From Nitrospirota bacterium (GTDB lineage: Bacteria; Nitrospirota; UBA9217): a stretch of DNA of 64,000 nucleotides. Below, piece after piece: positions 1 to 9,873 of this stretch. The stretch lies in assembly GCA_963818475.1 (NCBI GenBank), contig CAWFSF010000006.1, positions 224,001 through 288,000 of the forward strand, read 5' to 3'. Numbering within the stretch: the stretch's first letter is position 1; each line of letters begins with the position of its first letter. The notes below the pieces were generated by a model. The model ran no database searches. It saw only the letters and a list, made by a program, of their open reading frames with translations, and had not been told where the DNA came from. The position numbers were made by a program, and so were the translations under genes.

Positions 1-45
1 GGCCGAGGCCATCAGCCGGCGGCCGGCCCGACTCAAGACCCGGTT

Positions 46-408
46 ATGCAAGAAGCAGCGCGCCCGCTCGCGGAGGAAGGGATGATGGCCGCAGCACCCG
101 CCCCTCGAGCTTCAATTCCCGTCCCGGCCGGCCTTACAGCCCGGGAGCACGATCTGCGTCAGACCGCCCGGCAGCAGGAACATATACGCGCAGTGCAGCG
201 CCGAGGACTTCGAGCAGCAGGCCGTCAACGGGAGCACCCGCATGGAAGGCAGGCGCCCGTCCGAGGCCTAACCCCGGTGCATGGCCCAGCAAGGGGGGAG
301 CCGGTGGCAGAGTCTCGGGACCCCGTCCGAACAAAAGTACCCATAAAGGGCCGGCACGCGGGCCCAAGGGCGGCGGTCGCAGCGCAGGGAGAAGATAATA
401 CAGCATAA
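46..408 (+). CDS. Hypothetical protein, probably the C-terminal part of a gene entering from the left edge
   Basis: GC-rich Ala/Pro-rich ORF ending TAA at 408; no recognisable motif. Confidence 0.35.
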   Translation: MQEAARPLAEEGMMAAAPAPRASIPVPAGLTAREHDLRQTARQQEHIRAVQRRGLRAAGRQREHPHGRQAPVRGLTPVHGPARGEPVAESRDPVRTKVPIKGRHAGPRAAVAAQGEDNTA

Positions 409-612
409 GGGTTTGACGTGAGGTCGAGCGATATTTAAGCAGACTGCGAGACTCCTCAAACAGGAAGTAAATAATTTACACAGATCAAGTCGGATAAAAT
501 ATGATGTTCACTGATACTTCAAGGTGTTAGTAAATGGGTTTTAATCATAAAAAATCAGCCCGTATCAGTGTCAAATGCTTTGCTTGTTTTGGCATCAGCC
601 CCTGGTCAGGAT

Positions 613-924
613 ATGCCACCAGCAGCAAAACAAAAGAATAAAGACTTTCTTCGCGCTCATGCGGTCATTCACGGCCGCGTGCAGGGCGTTTTTTTTCGCG
701 CCAGCGCCCGCGACGAGGCGCTGCGCATCGGCGTTGGCGGATGGGTCCGCAACCTTCCTGACGGATCGGTTGAGGCATTGTTCGAAGGAGAGACCCTGAA
801 GGTCGAGGAAATCCTCGGCTGGTGCCACAAAGGCCCGTCAGGCGCGCGGGTGAGCAGCGTGGACATCACGTTCGAACCGTACAAGGGGGAGTTCAGGCAC
901 TTTGAGATCCGGTATGGTTACTAA
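613..924 (+). CDS. acyP: Acylphosphatase
   Basis: Motifs [32 protein letters not shown]. Start uncertain (568-660). Confidence 0.9.
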   Translation: MPPAAKQKNKDFLRAHAVIHGRVQGVFFRASARDEALRIGVGGWVRNLPDGSVEALFEGETLKVEEILGWCHKGPSGARVSSVDITFEPYKGEFRHFEIRYGY

Positions 925-1636
925 ACACGGAATTGTTTTTGCGCTGCTGTCCCTGCTCGCTTTCGGCTGCAAGGAAGAGAAGCCGCCGGAGCCGAAAAAG
1001 GTACAGTCTCCTCCCGTGGTGTTCACTCAAAAGCATCCGGTGCTTACGAGCGAACAGCGCGCAGAGCTCAATTTTCCAGCCGATATCCTGTCCCAGGTCG
1101 AGCTTGCGGCAGGGGCCGAGGCGGAGCCGTTCTTCGAGACCGTGATGGTGCCTGCAGAGAACCTGAAAGGCGAAACAAGCCTTGAGCGGGAGCGGCTGGC
1201 GGGATTCAGCGTACGAACGAAAAGTGCTGTCGAGACCGTTGACGCTCTGTCCGGAAAACTCCGCGCCAGGGGCTTTCTTATTTTTCGCAGCCGCAGGAAC
1301 TACGGGAATGTGCCGGACCATGTAACTGTGGTGAAGGGCAACAGCTCCTACGATATTCTGAAATGCCAGAGGACCGAAGGTATAAGCTTCAACCTCGACA
1401 CCAAGGCGATCATCGCCTGGCTCAAGGAGCAGCAGAAGCAGGGCTCCTTTGTGATCGTCGGAGCAGGGCCGGACTGGGTCGAGGCGCGGTTCGTCAAACA
1501 GCCGCAGAACATGCATGCTTTCGCGAAACAGATCTATGCTTTTGCTCCGGACACGGTGTCTGCGGAAGCGGGAACGCTCGAAAAGCTGGCAAAGAAAATG
1601 ACGCGCACGAACCGCTTTTATCTGGTGTGGGACTGA
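914..1636 (+). CDS. Lipoprotein with C-terminal DUF4253-like domain
   Basis: Lipobox LLAFGC; C-terminal [11 protein letters not shown]...IYAFAPDTV...FYLVWD pattern. Confidence 0.7.
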   Translation: MVTKHGIVFALLSLLAFGCKEEKPPEPKKVQSPPVVFTQKHPVLTSEQRAELNFPADILSQVELAAGAEAEPFFETVMVPAENLKGETSLERERLAGFSVRTKSAVETVDALSGKLRARGFLIFRSRRNYGNVPDHVTVVKGNSSYDILKCQRTEGISFNLDTKAIIAWLKEQQKQGSFVIVGAGPDWVEARFVKQPQNMHAFAKQIYAFAPDTVSAEAGTLEKLAKKMTRTNRFYLVWD

Positions 1637-1670
1637 GAATTGCGGATTTCGGATTTCGGATTGCGGAATG
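1637..1670. repeat. Heptamer short tandem repeat (GATTTCG/GATTGCG)
   Basis: gaattgcggatttcggatttcggattgcggaatg directly after the stop codon. Confidence 0.7.
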
Positions 1671-1715
1671 AGAAAAGGCTGGGGCTCTCCAGTTTCACAC
1701 CTTTTCGGATAATGC

Positions 1716-1901
1716 ATGAAAACTGCAATGAATATACTGCTTGGGATCGTTCTTCTCATCATTGCCCTTTCGTTTGTTCTTGTCTACGTTAACACCCATC
1801 CGCCAAAGTATCCGCTCCACATTCCGCCTTCGGATTATCATGTGCCCTATGAGACCGTTTCGTTCACAACGCGGGACGGCATCACGCTCTTTTATTTTTG
1901 A
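1716..1901 (+). pseudogene. N-terminal fragment of a membrane-anchored alpha/beta hydrolase
   Basis: TM helix then [21 protein letters not shown], a typical hydrolase N-terminus; stops after 61 aa. Confidence 0.55.
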
Positions 1902-1933
1902 CAGTGCAGGTCTTTTGCGGTAAGGTAGGCACC

Positions 1934-2632
1934 ATGTTCATCCTCGGCATCGAAACATCTACGAAGACAGGCAGTGTCGCGGTGGTCTCCGAGACGGGTG
2001 TCATCGCGCAATACAGCCTGAACATCGAAGTGACGCACTCCGAGCGTCTCATGTCCACGGTGGACCGGGTGTTGAAGGACATCGGTATCGCTATCGCTGA
2101 TATGGACGGCTTTGCCGTTGCCATCGGGCCGGGTTCGTTCACCGGCCTTCGCATCGGGCTTGCGGCGATCAAGGGCCTTGCCTTTGCCACAGGAAAGCCG
2201 GTGGCAGCAGTACCCACGCTCAAAGCGCTCGCCTGGAACCTGCCGCAGGCCTCTCATCCTGTTTGCCCCCTGCTTGATGCGCGCAAGAAAGAGGTGTATG
2301 CGGCACTCTACCGGTACGAAGGGCCTCGGCTCGTGCAGCTCATGCCGGAAGCAACGATAGCGCTTGCCGAGATCGCTGACAGGATCCCGGGGACCGTGCT
2401 GTTCACCGGCGAGGCGTCCCGTCTCTTTCAGCAGGCGCTTGAACAGGCTTTCGGGGACCGGGCGCTCTTTGCGCCGAGAACGGCATGCCTGCCCTCTGCT
2501 GCAGCGGTCGCCGAGATCGGGCTCGGAATGCTGCGGAACGGAGAGCAGACCGATCCGGATAATCTGACCCCCCTGTATATCCGCAGGCCGGAGGCGGAAG
2601 TGGCATGGGAAAAGCGACAGGCATCACTATAG
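1934..2632 (+). CDS. tsaB: tRNA threonylcarbamoyladenosine biosynthesis protein TsaB
   Basis: [37 protein letters not shown] motifs. Confidence 0.95.
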   Translation: MFILGIETSTKTGSVAVVSETGVIAQYSLNIEVTHSERLMSTVDRVLKDIGIAIADMDGFAVAIGPGSFTGLRIGLAAIKGLAFATGKPVAAVPTLKALAWNLPQASHPVCPLLDARKKEVYAALYRYEGPRLVQLMPEATIALAEIADRIPGTVLFTGEASRLFQQALEQAFGDRALFAPRTACLPSAAAVAEIGLGMLRNGEQTDPDNLTPLYIRRPEAEVAWEKRQASL

Positions 2633-3111
2633 ATTTCATGAAGAAAGAGGACCTGGACCAGGTCATGGCCATTGAACAGGCCTCGTTTTCCATGCCTTGG
2701 TCGCGTAACCTCTTTCTTTCCGAGTTCCGCAGCCCTTCGGTCTCGCGGCTCCTGGTCGCCCTGGTTGCGGATGCACCAATGCGCACCATTGCCGGTTATC
2801 TCATATTTTGGCTCGTGGCCGGGGAAATGCACATCCTGAACCTTGCCACGGTTCCCGGGTTGAGACGGCAGGGGATCGCCCGGCGTCTTGTTCTGGCAGG
2901 GCTCAGGTACGGATATTCGAAAGACGCGCGCCGTGCCTTTCTTGAGGTCCGCGTCTCGAACGAATCAGCGCGCAAGCTCTATTCCAGCCTCGGTTTCACC
3001 GGCACCGCTGTCAGGCGTGATTATTATGACGATCCCCTCGAGGACGCCATCGTGATGACACTCGAAGAGGGGGCTTATAAAAGCCTGGTATTCTCCCTTC
3101 AGGAACACTGA
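2605..3111 (+). CDS. rimI: Ribosomal-protein-alanine N-acetyltransferase
   Basis: IEQASFSMPWS, RRQGIAR, FLEVRVSN, RRDYY..EDAIVM; follows tsaB. Confidence 0.92.
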   Translation: MGKATGITIDFMKKEDLDQVMAIEQASFSMPWSRNLFLSEFRSPSVSRLLVALVADAPMRTIAGYLIFWLVAGEMHILNLATVPGLRRQGIARRLVLAGLRYGYSKDARRAFLEVRVSNESARKLYSSLGFTGTAVRRDYYDDPLEDAIVMTLEEGAYKSLVFSLQEH

Positions 3112-3164
3112 AGAAAATCCCGTTCAGTATCTGAAAAATCCCGGGAACCTGTTGGTATAAAAGA

Positions 3165-3194
3165 TTGACATCCCATGCATCCATGGCTTATAAT
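3165..3194 (+). promoter_or_regulatory. Sigma70-type promoter
   Basis: TTGACA-N18-TATAAT upstream of the ORF at 3246. Confidence 0.7.
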
Positions 3195-3245
3195 TGCGCA
3201 ATATATTTTTGTTTGTCACCTGAAATATTGTGAAATGGAGGGCCT

Positions 3246-3929
3246 ATGGCTGAAAAGAAAAAGCTTGGTGACTTTCTGAAGGAAGCCGGCCTGATCGATG
3301 ACTTTCAGCTCCAGACGGCACTTTCGCACCAACGGAACTGGGGCGGCAAGCTGGGATCCATCCTCGTTGAGATGGAGTTCATCCGCGAGGAGGAACTTGC
3401 CAGGGTGATCGCGGAAAAAATGGGCATCCCCTATGTGAACCTGTTCGAACCTGAACTTCCCGCGGCATCGATCATGCTCATCAAGGCCGATGTGGCAAAG
3501 AAATACGGCGTCATGCCGGTCAGAAAAGAAGGGAACTCGATCGTGATCGCCATGTCCGATCCGCTGGATATGGAGGCCATCGACGACCTCAGGTTCAGCA
3601 CCGGTTTAGTGGTCAAGCCTGCGCTGGCGCTGGAATCCGAGATCAAAGACGCCATCAGGAAATATTACGACGGCGAAGAAGTGGTCCGTAAAACGAAAGT
3701 GGTCTCTTTCGGCAAGCCTGGCAAGATGGAGATCATCTTCGGGAGCGATCTGATGTCGAACAGCAGTGAGGCTCAGGTTGCGGTCACCGCCCAGGGAGAG
3801 GCTTCCAGCAAGGGATCGCAGGAGGACCGTCTCCGCCTTGATGCGCTTATCACCCTGTTGATCGAAAAAAACATCATTAACCGCGAGGACCTCGTCAAAA
3901 TGATTTATCAAAAGAAAATCGGGTTGTAG
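3246..3929 (+). CDS. MshEN / GspE N-terminal domain protein (putative c-di-GMP receptor, no ATPase domain)
   Basis: KLGDFLKEAGLI...KLGSILVEM repeats and IAMSDPLD motif. Confidence 0.8.
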   Translation: MAEKKKLGDFLKEAGLIDDFQLQTALSHQRNWGGKLGSILVEMEFIREEELARVIAEKMGIPYVNLFEPELPAASIMLIKADVAKKYGVMPVRKEGNSIVIAMSDPLDMEAIDDLRFSTGLVVKPALALESEIKDAIRKYYDGEEVVRKTKVVSFGKPGKMEIIFGSDLMSNSSEAQVAVTAQGEASSKGSQEDRLRLDALITLLIEKNIINREDLVKMIYQKKIGL

Positions 3930-4109
3930 GTGTTCAGGAAAGGTGTATATGAAAACCTGCCGGGATTTCATCAGGATAACGGTGAAAGGCAAACATATCC
4001 GCAGATTTCGCTGATGACGCATATTTTATAACCACTTGAGTGTTACGATTTTCTCTGTGTTCTCTGTGGTTGCTTTTGACAATACGGTCCAGGGGAAAGG
4101 AGTAGTGCA

Positions 4110-4520
4110 ATGAAACAGAAGGTATTTGCGATCATGCTCGTGGCAGTTGCAGCCGGCTTTTTCTGCCAGCCGCTGCCGGCCCAGGAGTCGAAGGGGCCTC
4201 AGATAGAGATCAAAGAGGCGACCTACGATTTCGGCAAGGTTGTCGAGGGGGCCAGACTGCAGCATGTGTTCGAGGTGGGGAACACCGGAGATGCCGCGCT
4301 CGATATCCAGCGGATCCAGCCTACTTGAGGCTGCACCGCCGCGGTGATTAGTTCTAATCACCTTGAACCGGGAGACATTGGCCGCATCCAGGCATCGGTG
4401 GACACCGCCGGCAGGAGCGGTCTCCTGGTTAAAAAAATATCGATCTACTCGAATGACCAAAGAAATCCGGTACGGACGATCATCATGACCATGGACATCA
4501 TCCAAAAGCCCAAGCCATAA
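4110..4520 (+). CDS. Secreted DUF1573-domain protein, probable selenoprotein (UGA at 4326-4328)
   Basis: Signal peptide and YDFGKV..HVFEVGNTG, then TGA-GGC-TGC-ACC (U-G-C-T where the family has CGCT). Frame stays open to TAA 4520; hairpin at 4343-4362. Confidence 0.75.
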
Positions 4521-4947
4521 GGCGCGTGCGGCAGGGACGGGAGCTCGATTTTTTGCCCTTTCCGCCTGCAGGTGGTCGGAGTTTCCGCTTTTCCGTTGCC
4601 CGAAAAGAGGAACAGGTCGGAAAACCCTGTTTTTATCATGATATTTCCTCACCAGGTTCTCAGGGTGCCGGGTTCTATCCGTATTATTTCCTTGACAATT
4701 TTCAGCCCCCTGTGCTAATTTCATAGGGCTTTTTGACCCAAGTGACCAAAGGAAAGGTAGTTCAACTTGAAACAGCACAGACATCCGCACTATCCCAGCG
4801 ACACGCCAACCCCGGGCATAGGTCCCGTCCCGGCGGGCCTGTGACTTCTTCGTTGTGACGGAAACCTTTTGTGTTTCAGCGCTTGTGTACGATAATACAA
4901 AACTCAACTTATAATTGCCATTTACCGTAAGAATTGGAGGAACTCCC

Positions 4948-6084
4948 ATGCAGAAAAAATATCTCCTTGCCCCTGGACCGACACCGGTGCCGCCTGAGGC
5001 GCTGCTCGCCATGGCCATGCCGATCATCCATCACCGCGCGCCTGACTTCCTGCCCGTGCTCGATTCAGCGAAAAAGGGCCTTCAGTGGCTCTATCAGACC
5101 AAGAACGATGTGCTGATCCTGTGTTCCACCGGCACCGGCGGTATGGACGGCGCAGTGTCAAATTTCCTGAGCCCCGGCGACGACGTGCTGGTCATCAATG
5201 GCGGTAAGTTCGGCGAACGCTGGACCAAGATCTGCCAGGCATACGGCATGAAGGTGGAAGAGATCCTGGTGGAGTGGGGTTATTCCGTGAAGGCCGAGCA
5301 GGTAGAGGCCAGCCTCAAGAAGAACCCCAAGATCAAGGCCGTGTTCGTCCAGGCGAACGAGACCTCCACCGGCGTGTACCACGATATCAAGTCGCTCGCC
5401 GCCGTCGTCAAGAAGACCGACGCGCTCTTTGTGGTTGACGCTATCTCGGCGCTCGTGGCCCATGACATCAGGACGGACGAGTGGGGCATCGACGTGGTGA
5501 TCGGCGGCTCCCAGAAGGGCGTGATGCTGCCTCCGGGGCTTGCCTTCGTGTCCGTCAGCGACAAGGCCTGGAAGATGGCCGATACGGCAAAGACGCCGAA
5601 ATTCTATTTTAATTTCAAAAAAGAGCGCGAGAACCTGTCCAAGAACCAGACGACCTGGACGTCTCCCGTGACGCTCATCATCGGCCTGAACGCCGCCATC
5701 AAGATGCTCCAGGACGAGGGGCTCGAGAACGTGCTCAAGCGCCACGATAAGCTTGCCCGGGCGACCCGCGCGGGAGCTCTGGCGCTCGGCCTCAAGCTCT
5801 TCCCCAAGGAAAGCCCGAGCAATGCGCTCACGGCCATCGAAGCGCCGGCAGGCGTGGACGGCCAGGCGATCTACAAGGACCTGCGCGTGAAGTACGGCAT
5901 CACCGGCGCAGGCGGCCAGGACAAGCTCAAGGGCAAGATCTTCCGCATCGCGCACCTGGGCTATGCCGACACCTTCGATGTGATCACCGCAATCGCCGGC
6001 ATCGAGATGGTGCTGAAGGGCCTGGGCCATCCGGTGAAGCTCGGCACGGGCGTGGGCGCAGCGCAGGAAATATTGATGAAGTAG
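4948..6084 (+). CDS. Class V PLP aminotransferase (alanine-glyoxylate / serine-pyruvate family)
   Basis: LLAPGPTPVP, NETSTGV, VDAIS, GSQKG (PLP lysine), FRIAHLG; GGAGG RBS; upstream of serA. Confidence 0.92.
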   Translation: MQKKYLLAPGPTPVPPEALLAMAMPIIHHRAPDFLPVLDSAKKGLQWLYQTKNDVLILCSTGTGGMDGAVSNFLSPGDDVLVINGGKFGERWTKICQAYGMKVEEILVEWGYSVKAEQVEASLKKNPKIKAVFVQANETSTGVYHDIKSLAAVVKKTDALFVVDAISALVAHDIRTDEWGIDVVIGGSQKGVMLPPGLAFVSVSDKAWKMADTAKTPKFYFNFKKERENLSKNQTTWTSPVTLIIGLNAAIKMLQDEGLENVLKRHDKLARATRAGALALGLKLFPKESPSNALTAIEAPAGVDGQAIYKDLRVKYGITGAGGQDKLKGKIFRIAHLGYADTFDVITAIAGIEMVLKGLGHPVKLGTGVGAAQEILMK

Positions 6085-6098
6085 TAACAAATAATTTC

Positions 6099-6180
6099 GC
6101 CACGAAGGCACGAAGACGCGAAGAACTGCAAGGAGATGCTTTCTGGTCTTCGTGACTTCGAGCCTTAGTGCCTTCGTGGT
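6099..6180. repeat. Intergenic inverted repeat built from octamer units (CACGAAGG / CCTTCGTG)
   Basis: ccacgaaggcacgaagacgcgaag ... cttcgtgacttcgagccttagtgccttcgtgg. Confidence 0.7.
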
Positions 6181-6200
6181 TAAGTATTTCTGGAGGTTCC

Positions 6201-7781
6201 ATGAAGGTTCTGATCAGCGACAACCTCTCGCCCATCGGGGTGGAGATATTAAAGAAGGCCGGGCTCGACGTCGACGCCCGGAGCAAGACCTCGCGTCGAG
6301 GAGATCGAGAAGATCATCGGCGATTACGACGCGCTGGTCATCCGTTCCGCCACCAAGGTGAACGCTGCGCTGCTCGAGAAGGCAGCGAAGCTCAAGGTCG
6401 TGGGCCGCGCAGGAAGCGGCCTCGACAACGTGGACATCCCGGCTGCCACCAAGAAGGGCGTGGTCGTCATGAACACGCCCGGCGGCAACACGGTCACCAC
6501 GGCGGAGCACACCATCGGCATGATCTTCGCCTGCGCCCGCATGATCCCCCAGGCCTACTCTTCGCTCAAGGCAGGCAAGTGGGAGAAGAAGAAGTTCGAG
6601 GGCATCGAGCTCTATGACAAGACCCTGGGCATCATCGGCATGGGCGCCATCGGCGGCGTGGTCGCGAACCGCTGCCATCGGCGCTCGGCATGAAGGTGCT
6701 GGCCTACGACCCGTTCATTTCGACGGAGAAGGCCAAGTCACTGGGCATCGAGCTGGCCGACCTGCCGACGATCTAGAAACGGTCGGATTTCATCACGGTC
6801 CATACGCCCAAGACCAAGGAGACGGCGAACCTGATCAACAAGGACACGATCGCCCAGATGAAGGACGGCGTGCGCATCATCAACTGCGCCCGCGGCGGCA
6901 TCGTGAACGAGCCGGACCTCTATGAGGCGCTGAAGAGCGGCAAGGTCGGCGGAGCCGCCTTTGACGTGTTCGAGAAGGAGCCGCCGGAGAACCATCCGCT
7001 GCTGACCCTCGACAACTTCATCGCCACGCCGCACCTGGGCGCGTCCACCCTGGAGGCGCAGGAGAACGTGGCCGTGGCCGTGGCCGAGCAGATCGTGGAT
7101 TATCTCATCGCCGGGACCGTCCGGAACGCCGTCAACGTGCCGTCCGTGCCGGCGGACCAGCTCCCGACGCTCAGCCCCTACATCAATCTGGCGGAGCGCA
7201 TGGGCCTGTTCCAGGCGCAGCTCTGCGAAGGCGGCCTCACCCAGGTAGTCGTGGAGTACAGCGGCGAGGTGTCGAACCTCAAGCAGGAGCCGATCACGCT
7301 TGCGGCGCTCAAGGGACTGCTGACGCCGATCGTCGAACGAGAACGTGAACTATGTGAACGCGCCGCTCATTGCCAAGGACCGCGGCATCGAGATCAAGGT
7401 TTCCAAATCAGCGGACACCACCGAATACACGAGCCTGATCACGATCAAGGTCAAGGCCGGCGGCAAGGACCTGTCCGTTGCCGGCACGCTGAACAGCAAG
7501 AAAGAGCCGCGCATCATCCAGGTGGACAACTTCCCCATGGAGACCGTGCCCGAGGGCGACATGCTCGTGCTTATGAACAACGACAAGCCCGGCGTCATCG
7601 GCGGCATCGGCACGATCCTGGGGCAGAACGGGATCAACATCGCCCGCATGCAGTTCGGCCGCGAGAAGCAGGGCGGTCTGGCCATGTCGGTCGTGAGCAT
7701 CGACAGCACCGTGTCCGATGATCTTATGGCAAAGATCAGGCAGATGCCGAACGTGCTGTCGGTGAAGCAGGTCAAGATTAG
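6201..7781 (+). CDS. serA: D-3-phosphoglycerate dehydrogenase with ASB/ACT domains; split by about 3 frameshifts and one TAG (probably sequencing errors)
   Basis: MKVLISDNLS, GRAGSGLDNVD, NTPGGNTVTTAEH, INCARGG, TPHLGAST, NDKPGVIG spread over four ORF pieces. Confidence 0.88.
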
Positions 7782-7820
7782 TAATGCGGATGTGATGCGG
7801 AATTTGTTGAAGGAGTTATC

Positions 7821-9125
7821 ATGCCAGTTTTAGTCGTAGTCGGCGCCCAGTGGGGCGATGAAGGCAAAGGGAAGATCATTGACCTGCTCACGGAGCGGGC
7901 GGACGTGGTCGCGCGGTACCAGGGCGGCCACAATGCCGGCCATACCGTGGTGGTGGGTAAGGACGAGTTCATCCTGCATCTGGTCCCCTCCGGTATCCTG
8001 CATAAAGGCAAGAAGTGCATCATCGGGAACGGCGTGGTCGTGGACCCTGCGGCGCTCCTCGAAGAGATGGATGCCATGGCCAAGCGGGGCATCAAGTTCG
8101 ACCAGAGCCTGCTCATCAGCAGGAACGCCCACCTCATCATGCCGTACCACAAGGCCCTCGATGTGGCAAGCGAAGCGCTGAAGGGAAATAAGAAGATCGG
8201 CACGACCGGCCGGGGCATCGGTCCCGCCTATGCGGACAAGATCAACCGCAAGGGCATCCGGATGGCCGATCTCCTCGACGAAAAGACCTTCCGCGAAAAG
8301 CTGACCTCCAATACCGGCGAGGCGAACTTCATGCTCGAGCGTTTCTATAACGCGCCGCTGGTGAATCAGGACCAGGTCTATGACGAGTACCGGGGCTACG
8401 CCAGGAGGCTCAAAAAATACATCGCCGATACCACGCTGTATCTCAGCGAAGCCATCGCCGGAAAGAAGAAGGTGCTGGCCGAAGGCGCTCAGGGAACGCA
8501 TCTTGACGTGGACCACGGGACCTACCCCTTTGTGACCTCGTCGAGCCCCACGGCCGGCGGCGCCTGCACCGGGCTCGGCATCGGGCCGAACACGATCACC
8601 GAGGTCCTGGGCATCGTCAAGGCCTACACCACGCGCGTCGGCAGCGGTCCCTTTCCCACGGAGCTGAATGACAAGACCGGCGAACTGCTGCGGCTGCGCG
8701 GCAAGGAGTACGGGGCGACAACGGGCAGGGCGCGGCGGTGCGGATGGGCCGATACGCTTATTGTCCGGCATGCAGTGCGGGTGAACGGCATGACGAGCGC
8801 AGCCATCACCAAGCTGGACGTGCTCGATACGCTTGATGAACTCAAGATCTGCGTTGGCTATAAACACAAGGGGAAACTGTACGAGGAAATGCCGTCGGAG
8901 CTCGCGGTGCTCGAGCAGGGCGTTCCGCAATACATCACCATGCCCGGCTGGAAGCAGTCGACGATCGGCATCAAAAAATACGAAGACCTGCCGAAAAAGG
9001 CCCGGGCCTACGTGGAAAAGCTCTGCAAACTCTGTGGCGTCAAGCCGTCCATCATATCGACGGGCCCGCGCCGCGACGAGACCATCATTCTCGAGCGGCC
9101 TTTTCAGACGGCAAAAAAGCGGTAA
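7821..9125 (+). CDS. purA: Adenylosuccinate synthetase
   Basis: GAQWGDEGKGK, GGHNAGHT, IGTTGRGIGP, EGAQG, GATTGRARRCGW. Confidence 0.98.
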   Translation: MPVLVVVGAQWGDEGKGKIIDLLTERADVVARYQGGHNAGHTVVVGKDEFILHLVPSGILHKGKKCIIGNGVVVDPAALLEEMDAMAKRGIKFDQSLLISRNAHLIMPYHKALDVASEALKGNKKIGTTGRGIGPAYADKINRKGIRMADLLDEKTFREKLTSNTGEANFMLERFYNAPLVNQDQVYDEYRGYARRLKKYIADTTLYLSEAIAGKKKVLAEGAQGTHLDVDHGTYPFVTSSSPTAGGACTGLGIGPNTITEVLGIVKAYTTRVGSGPFPTELNDKTGELLRLRGKEYGATTGRARRCGWADTLIVRHAVRVNGMTSAAITKLDVLDTLDELKICVGYKHKGKLYEEMPSELAVLEQGVPQYITMPGWKQSTIGIKKYEDLPKKARAYVEKLCKLCGVKPSIISTGPRRDETIILERPFQTAKKR

Positions 9126-9199
9126 CAGGGGCTTTTCGCGCCAAGTGATTCCTTGCTCGGCGTTTCATGCTCTGTCTTTCTGTTGAATCGTGTTTTTTG

Positions 9200-9229
9200 T
9201 TGACAACTACCCGCATTCTTTGCTAATAT
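9200..9229 (+). promoter_or_regulatory. Sigma70-type promoter of the tRNA operon
   Basis: TTGACA-N18-TAATAT with extended TG. Confidence 0.6.
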
Positions 9230-9252
9230 ACGCCTCTTCCATCGAGGTCGAT

Positions 9253-9328
9253 GGGCCGGTAGCTCAGTTGGTAGAGCACCGCCCTTTTAAGGCGGGTGTC
9301 CTGGGTTCGAGTCCCAGCCGGCTCACCA
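9253..9328 (+). tRNA. tRNA-Lys(TTT)
   Basis: Cloverleaf, anticodon arm ccgcc-cTTTTaa-ggcgg, GGTTCGAGTCC, CCA end. Confidence 0.97.
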
Positions 9329-9418
9329 GTTTTAATTGCAGATATAAGTTGTGAGTTTTGAGTTGGGAGCTAAAGGCGTTACACTCCGCAATCCGAAATA
9401 CACAATCCGAAATACAAT

Positions 9419-9496
9419 GTCCCCATCGTCTAGTCCGGCCCAGGACACCGCCCTTTCACGGCGATAACGCGGGTTCGAATCCCGCTGGGGACGCCA
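9419..9496 (+). tRNA. tRNA-Glu(TTC); integration site
   Basis: Cloverleaf, anticodon loop ctTTCac, GGTTCGAATCC, CCA end; 3' half repeated twice downstream. Confidence 0.97.
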
Positions 9497-9519
9497 TTCA
9501 AATTCAAAGAGTTAGCTAA

Positions 9520-9700
9520 TCAGCTAGCTCTTTTTATTTGCCCCAACGTAGCCAAAACGTAGCCACTCTCCTTAGCATCCAAGACCTTCACCGCTTCACT
9601 CAGATTTTCCGGAGTAAGATGGCAGTACCGGACAGTCATTCTCAGATCCTTGTGGCCCAGGAGATCCTTGACTGTGTTGATATCGACGCCCTCCTGGACC
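9520..9700 (-). pseudogene. Tyrosine integrase C-terminal remnant
   Basis: GVDINTVKDLLGHKDLRMTVRY contains the LLGH...Y catalytic motif; the rest of the gene is absent. Confidence 0.85.
9547..9564 (+). repeat. Putative integrase arm-type site, copy 1
   Basis: CGTAGCCAAAACGTAGCC, identical at 13437-13454. Confidence 0.7.
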
Positions 9701-9873
9701 ACCGTCACAACAACGTTTTCGCATTTCCCTTGCCCGTTCCTTAAAAATGCGTTATTCTCGCATTGATTGTTTGAGAAAATAGCTTCTATAATCGAGAAGG
9801 CACTTTTGAAAAGTTCCCTACTCACTAATAAACCTCCCCCTCTTTTTTTCAAGAAATTAGAAAAGGTAGATTT

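Noticed and set aside
4727-4947. Riboswitch or leader peptide upstream of the aminotransferase-serA operon
   Set aside because: No recognisable aptamer or terminator; the short TTG-started ORF has a single Ser codon. An Rfam search would settle it.
6774-6776. Pyrrolysine or readthrough TAG in serA
   Set aside because: It lies in a gene with several indels, so a sequencing error is more parsimonious; no pyl genes are in view.
7830-8930. Long antisense ORFs (also 5158-6111, 22709-23929, 33914-35050, 34861-36324)
   Set aside because: Shadow frames of GC-rich real genes with no motifs.
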